From positions 26,518 through 90,517 of the forward strand of contig CAYXYF010000005.1 of the NCBI GenBank assembly GCA_964469265.1: DNA of 64,000 nucleotides, in the 5' to 3' direction. Position numbers and translations under genes: made by a program. The notes under the pieces are model-generated. The model saw only the letters and a program-made list of their open reading frames with translations, had not been told where the DNA came from and searched no databases. This document shows, piece by piece, positions 1 through 9,734 of this stretch (positions are counted from its first letter, which is position 1; every line of letters starts with the position of its first letter). This stretch comes from an uncultured Bdellovibrionales bacterium. GTDB lineage: Bacteria > Bdellovibrionota > Bdellovibrionia > Bdellovibrionales > JAEYZS01.

Positions 1-1
1 T

Positions 2-880
2 GTTACCGATCATTTTGCAGAAGATGATGAACACGCGCTTGAAATTTGCCGCCGTATTATCTCAACGTTAAATCGTAAGAAAAATATTCCCGTCGTTCAA
101 AGAGAAGCTAAAGAACCGCTTTATCCAGCCCACGAGCTCTATGGAATTTTACCAAAGGACACACGGAAACCTTTTGATATTCGAGAAATCATTGCAAGGA
201 TCGTAGATGGCAGTGAGTTCCATGAGTTTAAATCTCTTTATGCCAAAACTTTAGTGACGGGTTTTGCTCATATTTGGGGAATGCCAGTTGGTATTATTGC
301 AAACAACGGCGTGCTGTTTGGTGAAAGCGCTCTTAAGGCAACGCACTTTATTCAACTTTGCGAACAAAGAAATGTTCCCCTTGTGTTTTTACAAAACATC
401 ACGGGCTTTATGGTCGGAAAAAAATATGAGAACGAAGGAATCGCCAAAGATGGCGCTAAAATGGTCATGGCAGTCAGTAATGCAAAAGTTCCTAAGTTCA
501 CAGTTATCATTGGTGGATCTTATGGTGCTGGCAACTACGGAATGTGCGGAAGGGCCTACCAACCGCGGCAGCTCTGGATGTGGCCGAATGCAAGAATCTC
601 TGTCATGGGTGGCGAGCAAGCGGCTAACGTTTTATTAACTGTAAAGCGTGACCAACTTCAGGCTGCGGGAACAGATATGTCTGAGGAAGAGCAAATAGCG
701 TTTAAACAACCTACTCTTCAAAAATACGACAAAGAAAGCTCTGCATATTATTCTACGGCCCGATTATGGGACGATGGAATCATTGATCCTGTAGACACTA
801 GAAAAGTTTTGGCACTTGGAATTTCTGCTTCCTTCAATAAACAGTGGGAAGATCCAGGTGTGGCTGTATTTAGAATGTAA
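2..880 (+). CDS. liuB: Methylcrotonyl-CoA carboxylase beta (carboxyltransferase) subunit, 5'-truncated by window edge
   Basis: Frame is open from position 2 ([13 protein letters not shown]...). Carboxyltransferase motifs [11 protein letters not shown] and [16 protein letters not shown]. First gene of a leucine-catabolism cluster. Confidence 0.9.
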   Translation, partial: VTDHFAEDDEHALEICRRIISTLNRKKNIPVVQREAKEPLYPAHELYGILPKDTRKPFDIREIIARIVDGSEFHEFKSLYAKTLVTGFAHIWGMPVGIIANNGVLFGESALKATHFIQLCEQRNVPLVFLQNITGFMVGKKYENEGIAKDGAKMVMAVSNAKVPKFTVIIGGSYGAGNYGMCGRAYQPRQLWMWPNARISVMGGEQAANVLLTVKRDQLQAAGTDMSEEEQIAFKQPTLQKYDKESSAYYSTARLWDDGIIDPVDTRKVLALGISASFNKQWEDPGVAVFRM

Positions 881-894
881 CAAAGGAATCTATC

Positions 895-1674
895 GTGAGT
901 ACTTTAATTGTTAAACAAGAAGATGGAATTTTATCGATCTCTTTAAACCGTCCTGAAATACACAATGCATTTAATCCCGACATGATTTTGGAATTAACGC
1001 GCCTGTTTTCTGATCAAAGCTTCTCTGTAAAAAATCGCGCTGTTATCCTTCGAGGTGAGGGCCCGAGTTTCTGTGCGGGCGCAGACCTTAACTGGATGAA
1101 GTCGATGATGAAATACAACTTCGAAGAAAACCTCTCGGATGCTCAAGGTCTTTATACGATGTTTGAAGTTATGAAAAACTGCCCAATCCCCGTCATCGGT
1201 CATGTGCACGGAAATGTGTTTGGTGGCGGCTTAGGCTTAGTGGCAATCTGCGATATTGTTGTGGCAGAAAAAAATACTAAGTTCTGCTTTAGCGAAGCTC
1301 GCCTCGGCCTTGTACCCAGCGTAATAAGCCCTTTTGTAAAACGAAAGATGAGCCCGCAGTTTCTACGCGAAACATTTCTTACAGCCGAAGTCTTTAGCGC
1401 CGATGACGCAAAAGAAGCAGGATTAGTGAACTTTGTTGGCGGCGCGGGCGCGTGTGAGAAATTTGTAAACGCAAAAATAAAATCCATTAAAAAGTGTGGC
1501 ATGGGCGCTTTGATTTCAACAAAGAAGTTATTAAACTCCTTGGATCACATGAGTCCACAAGAAATTAAAACTGAAACGACTACGGTGATATCAAGAAGAA
1601 GGGTCAGTGAAGAAGGCCAAGAGGGCTTGAGGGCGTTTTTAGAAAAAAGAAAGCCAAGCTGGCTAGAAGAGTAA
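895..1674 (+). CDS. liuC: Enoyl-CoA hydratase family, probable methylglutaconyl-CoA hydratase
   Basis: Crotonase motifs LNRPEIHNAF, FCAGADL, GGGLGLVAICD, FSEARLGL; lies between MCC subunits. Confidence 0.85.
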   Translation: MSTLIVKQEDGILSISLNRPEIHNAFNPDMILELTRLFSDQSFSVKNRAVILRGEGPSFCAGADLNWMKSMMKYNFEENLSDAQGLYTMFEVMKNCPIPVIGHVHGNVFGGGLGLVAICDIVVAEKNTKFCFSEARLGLVPSVISPFVKRKMSPQFLRETFLTAEVFSADDAKEAGLVNFVGGAGACEKFVNAKIKSIKKCGMGALISTKKLLNSLDHMSPQEIKTETTTVISRRRVSEEGQEGLRAFLEKRKPSWLEE

Positions 1675-1677
1675 GTT

Positions 1678-3165
1678 ATGTCGATTCGTAAAATAAAAAA
1701 ACTGGCAATAGCAAACCGTGGAGAAGTGGCGGTGCGCATTCATCACGCAGCTCGTGAGTTGGATATCCAAACAGTACTCTTACACTCTGAAGCCGATATG
1801 CAAACCAAAGCCTATCGCATTTGCGATGAAACAGTTTGTATTGGTGGATCTCCAGTTTCAGAAAGCTATTTAAACATGGATCGAGTTATTCAAGGTGCCC
1901 TTAGCAAAGGCTGCGATGCGATCCACCCTGGGTTTGGATTTTTGTCAGAAAACTCGGCCTTCGTGAAAAAGTGCGATGACGCTGGGATAATATTTGTTGG
2001 ACCCTCGGCAGAAGCTATCGAGAAGATGGGAGATAAAATCTCTGCAAGAAAGTCTGCAATGAAGGCAGGTGTTCCTGTCGTTCCTGGCTATGAAGGAGAA
2101 GATCAATCAGAGGATGTTTTGCTCAGTGAGGCAAAGAAAATTGGTTTTCCGCTAATGATTAAAGCATCAGGCGGTGGAGGCGGACGCGGACTTAAAATTG
2201 CAAAAGACGAGTCCGAGTTTTTAGATCAACTCTCCTCTGCTAAGCGTGAATCTCAAAGTGCCTTTGGCAACGACAAAGTGTTTTTAGAAAAATATCTTGA
2301 TCACGCAAAACATATTGAATTTCAAGTTTTTGGAGATGCAACAGGAAAAGTATTTCACCTTTTTGATCGTGAGTGCTCTGTTCAAAGAAGACATCAAAAA
2401 ATCATTGAAGAAGCCGTTTCACCTCTTTTGCCTGAGGACACTCGCAAGAAGATGGCCGAATGTGCCGTAAGCGTGGCCCAAGAAGTCAATTATCGCAACG
2501 CGGGAACAGTAGAATTTATTTTTCAAGATAACGAGTTTTATTTTATGGAGATGAATACTCGCTTGCAAGTAGAACACCCTGTCACCGAATGTGTTACAGG
2601 AGTGGACCTAGTCAAAGCCCAACTGCTCTGCGCTCAAGGAATTTCGGTGAATTGGGAGCAAGAAGATATAGCTCCGCAGGGTCACGCCATTGAATGTCGT
2701 CTTTATGCCGAGGACCCTTATCAACAGGGCATGCCGTCCGTAGGACTTCTTGGAAGTTGCATCTTTCCTGAGGCGCCAGGGCGCAGGTTTGAAATTGGTT
2801 TTGAAAAAGGTGACACTGTTACATCATTTTATGACTCGATGATTGCAAAAATTATTGTATGGGATACGAACCGTGACAGTGCTATTGAAAAGATGATTAA
2901 GACTCTTGAAGACACGGTCATCTTTGGTGTTCAGACGAACATACCATATCTTATTGAAATTTTAAAACATCCAGAGTTTAGGTCTGGAGAAATGACGACT
3001 CAGTTTATTGCAAAGAATTTTTCTGAAAGCATTTCGCCGTTAGAGCTAGATGATATTGAAAGAGAATTTGCAAGGTATGCAAAACAGCAAACGCAATCCC
3101 AATCGCCTTCTGTTTCAGAAAAGAAGATAGACTCACCTTGGACGCATTACTGGAGAGGCGTATGA
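1678..3165 (+). CDS. liuD: Biotin carboxylase (MCC alpha subunit, N-terminal part)
   Basis: IANRGE, HPGFGFLSEN, GGGGRG, RECSVQRRHQK, EMNTRLQVEHPVTE. No biotinyl domain at the C-terminus. Confidence 0.85.
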   Translation: MSIRKIKKLAIANRGEVAVRIHHAARELDIQTVLLHSEADMQTKAYRICDETVCIGGSPVSESYLNMDRVIQGALSKGCDAIHPGFGFLSENSAFVKKCDDAGIIFVGPSAEAIEKMGDKISARKSAMKAGVPVVPGYEGEDQSEDVLLSEAKKIGFPLMIKASGGGGGRGLKIAKDESEFLDQLSSAKRESQSAFGNDKVFLEKYLDHAKHIEFQVFGDATGKVFHLFDRECSVQRRHQKIIEEAVSPLLPEDTRKKMAECAVSVAQEVNYRNAGTVEFIFQDNEFYFMEMNTRLQVEHPVTECVTGVDLVKAQLLCAQGISVNWEQEDIAPQGHAIECRLYAEDPYQQGMPSVGLLGSCIFPEAPGRRFEIGFEKGDTVTSFYDSMIAKIIVWDTNRDSAIEKMIKTLEDTVIFGVQTNIPYLIEILKHPEFRSGEMTTQFIAKNFSESISPLELDDIEREFARYAKQQTQSQSPSVSEKKIDSPWTHYWRGV

Positions 3166-3527
3166 AAAGCTTGAGTGTCGAAATTAATGGTAAAAACATT
3201 ACGGGTTTTTTTGAGGTTGTCGGGAAAAATCTCTGGGTCCGAGTGAATGGAAAAACTTTTAAATTCGAAGATGAATCAAAACGCAAGGGTCGATCATCTA
3301 AGCTGAACGTATCAAATCCCAATGAGATTACAGCTCCTATGCCAGGTAAGATCACTGCCGTAAAAAAGTCTCAAGGTCATGTTTCGGTAGGTGATGTCGT
3401 TATAATGATGGAAGCAATGAAGATGGAATATAGTTTAAAGGCCAATAAGGACGGAAAGATAAAAAGAATTTGCGTCCAAGATGGTGATCAAGTTACTCAG
3501 GGTCAATTGTTGGCTGAAATTGAGTAA
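3162..3527 (+). CDS. Biotin carboxyl carrier protein (stand-alone)
   Basis: APMPGKI and MEAMKME biotinylation motif. ATG at 3162 overlaps the upstream TGA (ATGA), with GGAGAGG as RBS. Confidence 0.9.
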   Translation: MKSLSVEINGKNITGFFEVVGKNLWVRVNGKTFKFEDESKRKGRSSKLNVSNPNEITAPMPGKITAVKKSQGHVSVGDVVIMMEAMKMEYSLKANKDGKIKRICVQDGDQVTQGQLLAEIE

Positions 3528-3541
3528 AGTAGGCAGTAAAT

Positions 3542-4453
3542 ATGGCTAAGATTAAAATCGTTGAAGTGGGCCCAAGAGACGGGCTCCAAAACGAAAAAAA
3601 ATTTATAGACGTTAACACTCGAGTGCAATTTATTCGGCAGTTAGTCGATGCAGGGTGCTCAACTGTCGAAGTTGGAGCTTTTGTTTCTGCTGATAAAATT
3701 CCTCAGATGGTGGGATCAGACGAAGTGCTAAGTGCAGTCAATAAGGCGTTTCCAGATAGAAAACGAAAAAATCTAAGCTTCCCAGTCCTAGCACCCAATG
3801 AGCGCGGAATGTTAAATGCAATAGAGGCTGGTGCAGAGGAAGTAGCCATTTTTGCTGCAGCGTCGGATTCGTTCTCTAGGGCCAATATCAATTGCAGTAT
3901 TGAGGAGAGCTTTGAGCGCTTCGAACCCGTTTTAAAACTTGCGAAGGAACATAAAATTAAAGTTCGAGGTTATCTGAGCACATGTTTTTATTGTCCCTTT
4001 GAAGGAAAAATTAAATCTCAAAAAGTCATCCGACTTGCTAAGCGTTTAGTCGCTATGGGTTGTTATGAAGTCTCCATTGGAGACACCATCGGCGCTGCAA
4101 ATCCAAAAGAAGTCAAAGTTCTTATTGAAGGACTTATAAAAGTGATCCCAGTAAAAAAAATTGCGATGCACTTTCACGATACACGCGGAACCGCACTTGC
4201 TAATATTTTAGAAAGTCTAAAATTGGGAGTAACAACATTTGACTCAAGCCTTGGTGGGCTCGGAGGTTGCCCTTATGCTCCTGGGGCGCAAGGCAATGTT
4301 TCTACCGAGGACGTCGTCTACATGCTTCATGGAATGGGCTACAAAACTGGATGTGATCTTTCAAAGTTAATTAAAGTCAATCGATGGATGTCTGAAGTCA
4401 TTGGCAAACCTCTTCCTAGTAAGGTCGGACAAGCTCGAGAACCTAAGGTTTAA
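3542..4453 (+). CDS. liuE: Hydroxymethylglutaryl-CoA lyase
   Basis: EVGPRDGLQNE, HFHDTRG, GLGGCPYAPGAQGN. Confidence 0.93.
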   Translation: MAKIKIVEVGPRDGLQNEKKFIDVNTRVQFIRQLVDAGCSTVEVGAFVSADKIPQMVGSDEVLSAVNKAFPDRKRKNLSFPVLAPNERGMLNAIEAGAEEVAIFAAASDSFSRANINCSIEESFERFEPVLKLAKEHKIKVRGYLSTCFYCPFEGKIKSQKVIRLAKRLVAMGCYEVSIGDTIGAANPKEVKVLIEGLIKVIPVKKIAMHFHDTRGTALANILESLKLGVTTFDSSLGGLGGCPYAPGAQGNVSTEDVVYMLHGMGYKTGCDLSKLIKVNRWMSEVIGKPLPSKVGQAREPKV

Positions 4454-4459
4454 ATTTTT

Positions 4460-5863
4460 TTATTTATGTCCGAACATTTTTTGATCTTTAATGATCTTAA
4501 GAACAGATGATGGAACTTTGGTTTCCCACCTTTTGTTTTTTGACGCGATATCTTTTATTATCGTCTTCGTATCGATATCCAAACACGCCTTATCAATGGC
4601 ATCGATACCTTCAATCATTTTATTTTCAATTAAATACTGATAGATATGTTCAAGATTTTTTGTGGGTTTAAAACTGCTCGCAGTGATGGTGCCGTTGTTA
4701 TCTTTGTAAGGGTAAACTAGGATTTTACAGTTGCTCTTAAAGATGTCGCCAAGTCCTTCTAGAATGCCGCCCTGTAAATCTTCATAATACTTTTCATTAA
4801 AAATCTCTTTAAGCATATTAGCGCCCATTAAGATCCTAACGTCGTTGTGCTTTATTTTATTGAAGTAAATTTTTAGTTTATAGTACTCGGCAAAGCTTGA
4901 AATCATGACGGGAATTTTTTGAGCTGCAAGAGTTTCCACGCGGTCTAAGAAATCTTTAATATCAATTCTCTCAGCCGTCGTAAGATTGTTTAGAGTCAAC
5001 TCCGCTAAAACGATGACATCTTTTTTTGTGATATTCTTATTCTCTTTTAATGTGTGTTTGAGTCCACTTTCAATGATGTCCATATGAACATTTGTTATTG
5101 GACGGTATCTTCCTCGCAACACGACAACATGTTTTCCGTAAAGCAAATCTGTGGGCTCGATGATTTGACCGTGGTGGTCAAATACGACAGCATCGGTAAA
5201 CCCATTTTGGACAAGCTGAAGATTTAAAATATGGTTATCGTGTTTTTCAAACTCAGGACCAGTGAAGCGTATAAAATTAATCTCAGCTCTTCTGGAATCT
5301 AAACCATCCATTAGTGAATCAATAAACTTTGTAGGATTTTTCCAGTTATGAAAAGCGGCATGGATTAGGTTAGTACCCACAATGCCTAAGGTTTCCTGTT
5401 GAAGAAGGTTTCTTGGGTCTTTTAATTTGACGTGTAAAACGATATCATGCACAGGCCCACGGGGCTTGATTTGATAACGTATTCCGATCCACCCGCGACC
5501 TTCGCCAACGCCCTTTGTGCTTTTTGCAGCAACCGTATTTGCAAAGGCAAAGAACTTCGTATTTTTTCCTCTTGGTTCGCCGAGCCTTGCTTCTACGAGT
5601 TGATACTCTTTATCAAGCATTTTCAAAAGTCGACTTTCACAAACGTAGCGCCCGTTTTTTTCTTTTCCATAAATGGCATCGCTAAAAACCATGTCATAGG
5701 CAGACATTGTTTTTGCAATAGTTTGAGAGGCTTTCCCAGCTTGGAAGAAGAAGCGTGTGACCTCTTGGCCCGCGCCAATTTCAGCAAAAGATCCGTAAAT
5801 ACTGGCGTCAAGATTGATAGTGCGGGCCTTGTCTAAGGTGGACATCTGTTTATCTGTTTGCAT
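4460..5863 (-). CDS. Uncharacterised nucleotidyltransferase-like protein (CinA/PncC-like N-terminus, HIGH-like C-terminal domain)
   Basis: GSFAEIGAGQEV...AS...SAYD N-terminal region; RGRYRPITNVH resembles GxFxPxTxxH; WETKVPSSV tail. Start uncertain (5863 or 5845). Confidence 0.6.
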   Translation of the reverse strand: MQTDKQMSTLDKARTINLDASIYGSFAEIGAGQEVTRFFFQAGKASQTIAKTMSAYDMVFSDAIYGKEKNGRYVCESRLLKMLDKEYQLVEARLGEPRGKNTKFFAFANTVAAKSTKGVGEGRGWIGIRYQIKPRGPVHDIVLHVKLKDPRNLLQQETLGIVGTNLIHAAFHNWKNPTKFIDSLMDGLDSRRAEINFIRFTGPEFEKHDNHILNLQLVQNGFTDAVVFDHHGQIIEPTDLLYGKHVVVLRGRYRPITNVHMDIIESGLKHTLKENKNITKKDVIVLAELTLNNLTTAERIDIKDFLDRVETLAAQKIPVMISSFAEYYKLKIYFNKIKHNDVRILMGANMLKEIFNEKYYEDLQGGILEGLGDIFKSNCKILVYPYKDNNGTITASSFKPTKNLEHIYQYLIENKMIEGIDAIDKACLDIDTKTIIKDIASKNKRWETKVPSSVLKIIKDQKMFGHK

Positions 5864-5962
5864 GTAAAGAGTTTCGCTTATTTCTGTGAAATTGTCTACA
5901 AACTCATGGTCAACAAAAGAGGTCAAAAGTCGGGGCCTGATTCTTGCTATGTAATGAGCCGT

Positions 5963-7306
5963 ATGAAGGTCTTAAAAATAGTTGCTCTAATCTATCTGTT
6001 TTCGTTAATAGGTCTGCTTATTGTAGCGACTCGAGAGCAAGGGTGTATTAATTCCATTACTGTTCAAAGTATAAACATCGAACGACAGGGATCGAGTGTC
6101 TCTGTGCCGAGCTGTTTTTTTGAAGAAACTCATTCGGGTACACCTGTTTTAGAGGACCAAAAAATTATTGAAAGCTTCTCTGGTGTCATTCAAAACTTTG
6201 AGCAAATGGCCAAGATAAACAAGTTTTTTTATAAACCAAATTCTCTTCGAATTTTAATTAAAGAAAATTCAGATCTTCAAGTTTCTTATAACAAAATCAT
6301 TATGGATATTGAGTCTGCTAAGGACTTATCTCTCGTGCGCCGAAGCATTGCTCAAGCCTGGATGTTAAGTTATGCAACACCAGAACTGCGATCCAACAAT
6401 TTTTTACAAGAAGTCGTAACAGATATCTTAAGCTTTGTATTTTGGAATGACCTTTCGTGGGAAAAAGAGGTGAACTTTAATCGGTGGTTGAAATACGTTT
6501 ATTCAGACCGAGACATTTGCGAGACCAAGTATTCACCAGCAAGTTATGCTAGCGTTTGTAAACTTATGAAAGATTCCGATGGAGCTGAGTTCGATCAGAT
6601 TTCTATGTGGTCTCTGCGCCCCTTAGTGATCAATCGAGTGCTAGATCTTTACGACAGAATGGATGTCCCAGGAAAGTCTGACTTCCTAAACTACATGATT
6701 GCCTGGGTTTTGACCTACGAAGGTGATTTAAACATACAACCCCTGGACCTTAAAAGTATTTCATCGGTTTACAATCAGACGATGAATGCTCTTATCGGTG
6801 ATATCTATGCTTTTGACGAAGCCTTAAGCGTTGATTTTGTATTTGAATTCGTAGGACCTCAGCCATACTCAATGATGAACCAAAAAAATGACCTTCCGTT
6901 CTATCTCACTCAAAACATATTGTTTGGTTACGATGATAATGTGTTTATTAACCTTCGAAACGGCTCTCGTTTTGCTTCAAAAGAGAACTTTGTTCGCCAC
7001 TGGGTGAAAGTACAAGATACATTCCCGACTTTAAGCTCAGCTAAAAACATTCCAGCTGAGTATTTAACTATACTTCAGGCTAAGGAGCCCTATGATGTTT
7101 TTCAATTTTTTAAGAAGATTGATGAGATTTCAGACTTTCCTTGGCCCGAAGAATTTGATTCTTTGACCCTATATGTCCCGTCATTGGAGCTTCTAGGCCG
7201 TCTTGCGCCCAAAGAGCTTCTATCTGCGAAGGGTGATCTCAAAAATTTGATGTTAAATCCTAATATTGAAAAAATATTAGGCTGGAGTCCTGTACAAGTT
7301 TATTGA
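5963..7306 (+). CDS. Membrane-anchored/exported hypothetical protein with a degenerate zincin-like motif
   Basis: Long ORF with N-terminal hydrophobic segment MKVLKIVALIYLFSLIGLLIVA; RSIAQAW-x-E pattern. Confidence 0.6.
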   Translation: MKVLKIVALIYLFSLIGLLIVATREQGCINSITVQSINIERQGSSVSVPSCFFEETHSGTPVLEDQKIIESFSGVIQNFEQMAKINKFFYKPNSLRILIKENSDLQVSYNKIIMDIESAKDLSLVRRSIAQAWMLSYATPELRSNNFLQEVVTDILSFVFWNDLSWEKEVNFNRWLKYVYSDRDICETKYSPASYASVCKLMKDSDGAEFDQISMWSLRPLVINRVLDLYDRMDVPGKSDFLNYMIAWVLTYEGDLNIQPLDLKSISSVYNQTMNALIGDIYAFDEALSVDFVFEFVGPQPYSMMNQKNDLPFYLTQNILFGYDDNVFINLRNGSRFASKENFVRHWVKVQDTFPTLSSAKNIPAEYLTILQAKEPYDVFQFFKKIDEISDFPWPEEFDSLTLYVPSLELLGRLAPKELLSAKGDLKNLMLNPNIEKILGWSPVQVY

Positions 7307-7319
7307 CCCGTTCCGATAA
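7293..7319 (+). promoter_or_regulatory. sigma28 (FliA)-like promoter
   Basis: TACA-N15-TCCGATAA versus consensus TAAA-N15-GCCGATAA, 23 nt before the SpoIIE-like gene. Confidence 0.5.
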
Positions 7320-7342
7320 TAATCTTTAGACTTTAAGGACAC

Positions 7343-8260
7343 ATGAAAAAGGCACCTAAGAAAAAATCTCGCAGTTCCGATACCCGAGTCCTCGAGGACC
7401 GTATTGATAGCCTTGAGGATCAACTCGAACAAAAAGAATCAGAGATTAAAGCATTTAAAAAAGAGCTGATTCATATGAATCACCACATTGAGAGCTTAAT
7501 TGAGCGTCTCAACAATCAGCTTAAGATCGCCTATAAAATTCAAGAAAAGCTTGTTCCTACCGAGTTTCCAAATATTCCAGGCTTTGAATTCAGTACCAAG
7601 TTTCAGGCAAGCTATGTGTCAGGCGGTGACTATTTTGATATTTTTGAAATTGAAGATCGATTTCGCTTCTCATTATTACTTTCAAGTTGCAGCGGCTATG
7701 GCATCTCGTCTTTATTTTTATCGGTGTTATTGCGCCTAACCTCACACATTGAAACAAAGCGTGGTGCTCCGCCAGAGAAAGTCTTTTCGATGATCACAAA
7801 AGATCTTATCCCGCAGATTTCATCTCAAGACTCTGCAAGTCTGTTTTATGCGGTTATCAACCGAAGGAACTACGAGATGCAGTATTCTCACTACGGAAAT
7901 AATTTGGCTTATATTTACCGGGCCAATGAAAAAGAAGTTCAAGAGATTGAGCCCATGGGAAACGCCTTTGCAAAGGGCTTTAAAAGTAAAATAAAAAGCG
8001 AGACGTTATCACTTAATCCAAAAGACTGTCTTATTCTTATTACCGACGGGATCAACCAAGTTAAGAACGCAAAAGGTGTTGCTTTAGACATGACTAGGGT
8101 CAAAAAGTTGATTGCGGAAAATGCTAAGAAGACTCCCCATCAATTAAGAAACGAGATTTTTTATCAGATTGAGAAATGGAGCGGGAAAAAAGAATTGCCA
8201 AAAGACGTTACGGTCTTGGTTGCGGAAGTGAAAGACCGTGTTCTTAAATTAGCCAAATAG
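7343..8260 (+). CDS. SpoIIE/RsbU-family PP2C domain protein with N-terminal coiled coil
   Basis: GGDYFD, ITDG and KDVT motifs; N-terminal EDRIDSLEDQLEQKE coiled coil. Confidence 0.8.
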   Translation: MKKAPKKKSRSSDTRVLEDRIDSLEDQLEQKESEIKAFKKELIHMNHHIESLIERLNNQLKIAYKIQEKLVPTEFPNIPGFEFSTKFQASYVSGGDYFDIFEIEDRFRFSLLLSSCSGYGISSLFLSVLLRLTSHIETKRGAPPEKVFSMITKDLIPQISSQDSASLFYAVINRRNYEMQYSHYGNNLAYIYRANEKEVQEIEPMGNAFAKGFKSKIKSETLSLNPKDCLILITDGINQVKNAKGVALDMTRVKKLIAENAKKTPHQLRNEIFYQIEKWSGKKELPKDVTVLVAEVKDRVLKLAK

Positions 8261-8334
8261 GACCTGGCGCGGCGGGTCGTATTGGTAGTTCTCAAGTCTT
8301 AAATATAGTATTAAAACAATTGACCCGCTAGGAG

Positions 8335-8363
8335 TTGTCCCTAGTCGCAGAGCGGTTTACAAT
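8335..8363 (+). promoter_or_regulatory. sigma70-type promoter of citrate synthase
   Basis: TTGTCC-N17-TACAAT. Confidence 0.55.
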
Positions 8364-8402
8364 AGTCTGAAAACCAAACCTTAAATCAGAAAGAAACATG
8401 TC

Positions 8403-9719
8403 ATGGAAAAATTAAAAAATCTATTCAAGCAAAAGGCTGAAGAGTTAGCAGTTCAAAATAAAGAAATTTTGAAGGAGCACGGTAAGCGAGTAATCGGTGA
8501 AGTCACCTTAGCGCAGGCATACCAAGGCATGAGAGGCATCAAAGGAATGATCTATGAAACATCATTGCTTGATCCCAACGAGGGAATTCGGTTTCGTGGA
8601 TATTCTATTCCTGAATTACAAGAAAAACTTCCAAAGGCAAAGGGTGGATCAGAGCCACTACCTGAAGGGTTGTTTTACCTTTTACTCACAGGAGAGCTTC
8701 CATCAGAAGCTGATGTTGAGGAGCTCAGTAAAGATTGGGCAAAAAGAAATAAAATCCCTAAGCATATCTTTGAAACTTTAGATGCATTACCACTTGATAC
8801 GCACCCGATGACCCAATTTGTTGTTGGAATAATGGCGCTACAAACAGAGTCTGTGTTTCAGAAAAAATATGCTGAAGGTGTAAATAAAAAAGATTATTGG
8901 ATGTACTATTATGAAGATGCGATGAATCTTATTGCGCGTCTTCCAGAGGTAGCGGCCTACGTTTATCGTAGAAAATATAAGGGTGGGAAAAAGATCGACT
9001 CTAAACCTGATTTAGATTGGGGCGCAAACTTTGCTCATCTTTTAGGTTTTGAAGGCGAAAGCTTTAAAGAGCTTATGAGAATGTATCTCACGATACACTC
9101 GGATCATGAGGGTGGAAACGTTTCTGCCCATGCGGTTCACCTTGTTGGTTCAGCGCTCAGTGACCCTTACCTCGCTTTTGCAGCTGGTATGAATGGTCTG
9201 GCGGGTCCGCTTCACGGTCTTGCAAATCAAGAAGTTATTAAATGGATTCTTGAAATGAGAGAAGCCCTTAAAACTGAGAATCCAACAAAAGAACAAATCG
9301 CTGAATATGTCCAAAATACGTTGGCTAGTGGAAAAGTTGTTCCAGGTTATGGTCACGCCGTACTCAGAAAAACAGATCCACGATTCACAGCTCAAGAGGT
9401 GTTTGCCAAAAAGCATATGCCAGATGACCCAATCGTCAACACAGTTTGGAATGTTTTTGAGGTTGTTCCACCGATCTTAACTTCTTTAGGAAAGGTTAAA
9501 AACCCATGGCCAAACGTAGACGCCCACTCTGGTGCTCTGCTCATCCATTACGGTATGAAAGAATATGAGTACTACACAGTCTTATTTGGTGTGAGCCGGG
9601 CGCTTGGCGTATTGGCTGCAGGAATCTGGGCGCGTGCACAAGGCCTACCGATTGAAAGACCTAAATCCATGACCAGCGCAAGCGTTAAAGAATGGATTGA
9701 CGGAAAAGGCGAACTTTAA
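8403..9719 (+). CDS. gltA: Citrate synthase, eukaryote-like type
   Basis: [61 protein letters not shown]. Confidence 0.93.
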   Translation: MEKLKNLFKQKAEELAVQNKEILKEHGKRVIGEVTLAQAYQGMRGIKGMIYETSLLDPNEGIRFRGYSIPELQEKLPKAKGGSEPLPEGLFYLLLTGELPSEADVEELSKDWAKRNKIPKHIFETLDALPLDTHPMTQFVVGIMALQTESVFQKKYAEGVNKKDYWMYYYEDAMNLIARLPEVAAYVYRRKYKGGKKIDSKPDLDWGANFAHLLGFEGESFKELMRMYLTIHSDHEGGNVSAHAVHLVGSALSDPYLAFAAGMNGLAGPLHGLANQEVIKWILEMREALKTENPTKEQIAEYVQNTLASGKVVPGYGHAVLRKTDPRFTAQEVFAKKHMPDDPIVNTVWNVFEVVPPILTSLGKVKNPWPNVDAHSGALLIHYGMKEYEYYTVLFGVSRALGVLAAGIWARAQGLPIERPKSMTSASVKEWIDGKGEL

Positions 9720-9734
9720 TTCTTTATATCTGAA

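Noticed and set aside
8272-8328. GCGGGTC/GACCCGC inverted repeat upstream of citrate synthase
   Set aside because: Only 7 bp with a ~43-nt AT-rich spacer, and upstream of the predicted promoter; not distinguishable from chance.
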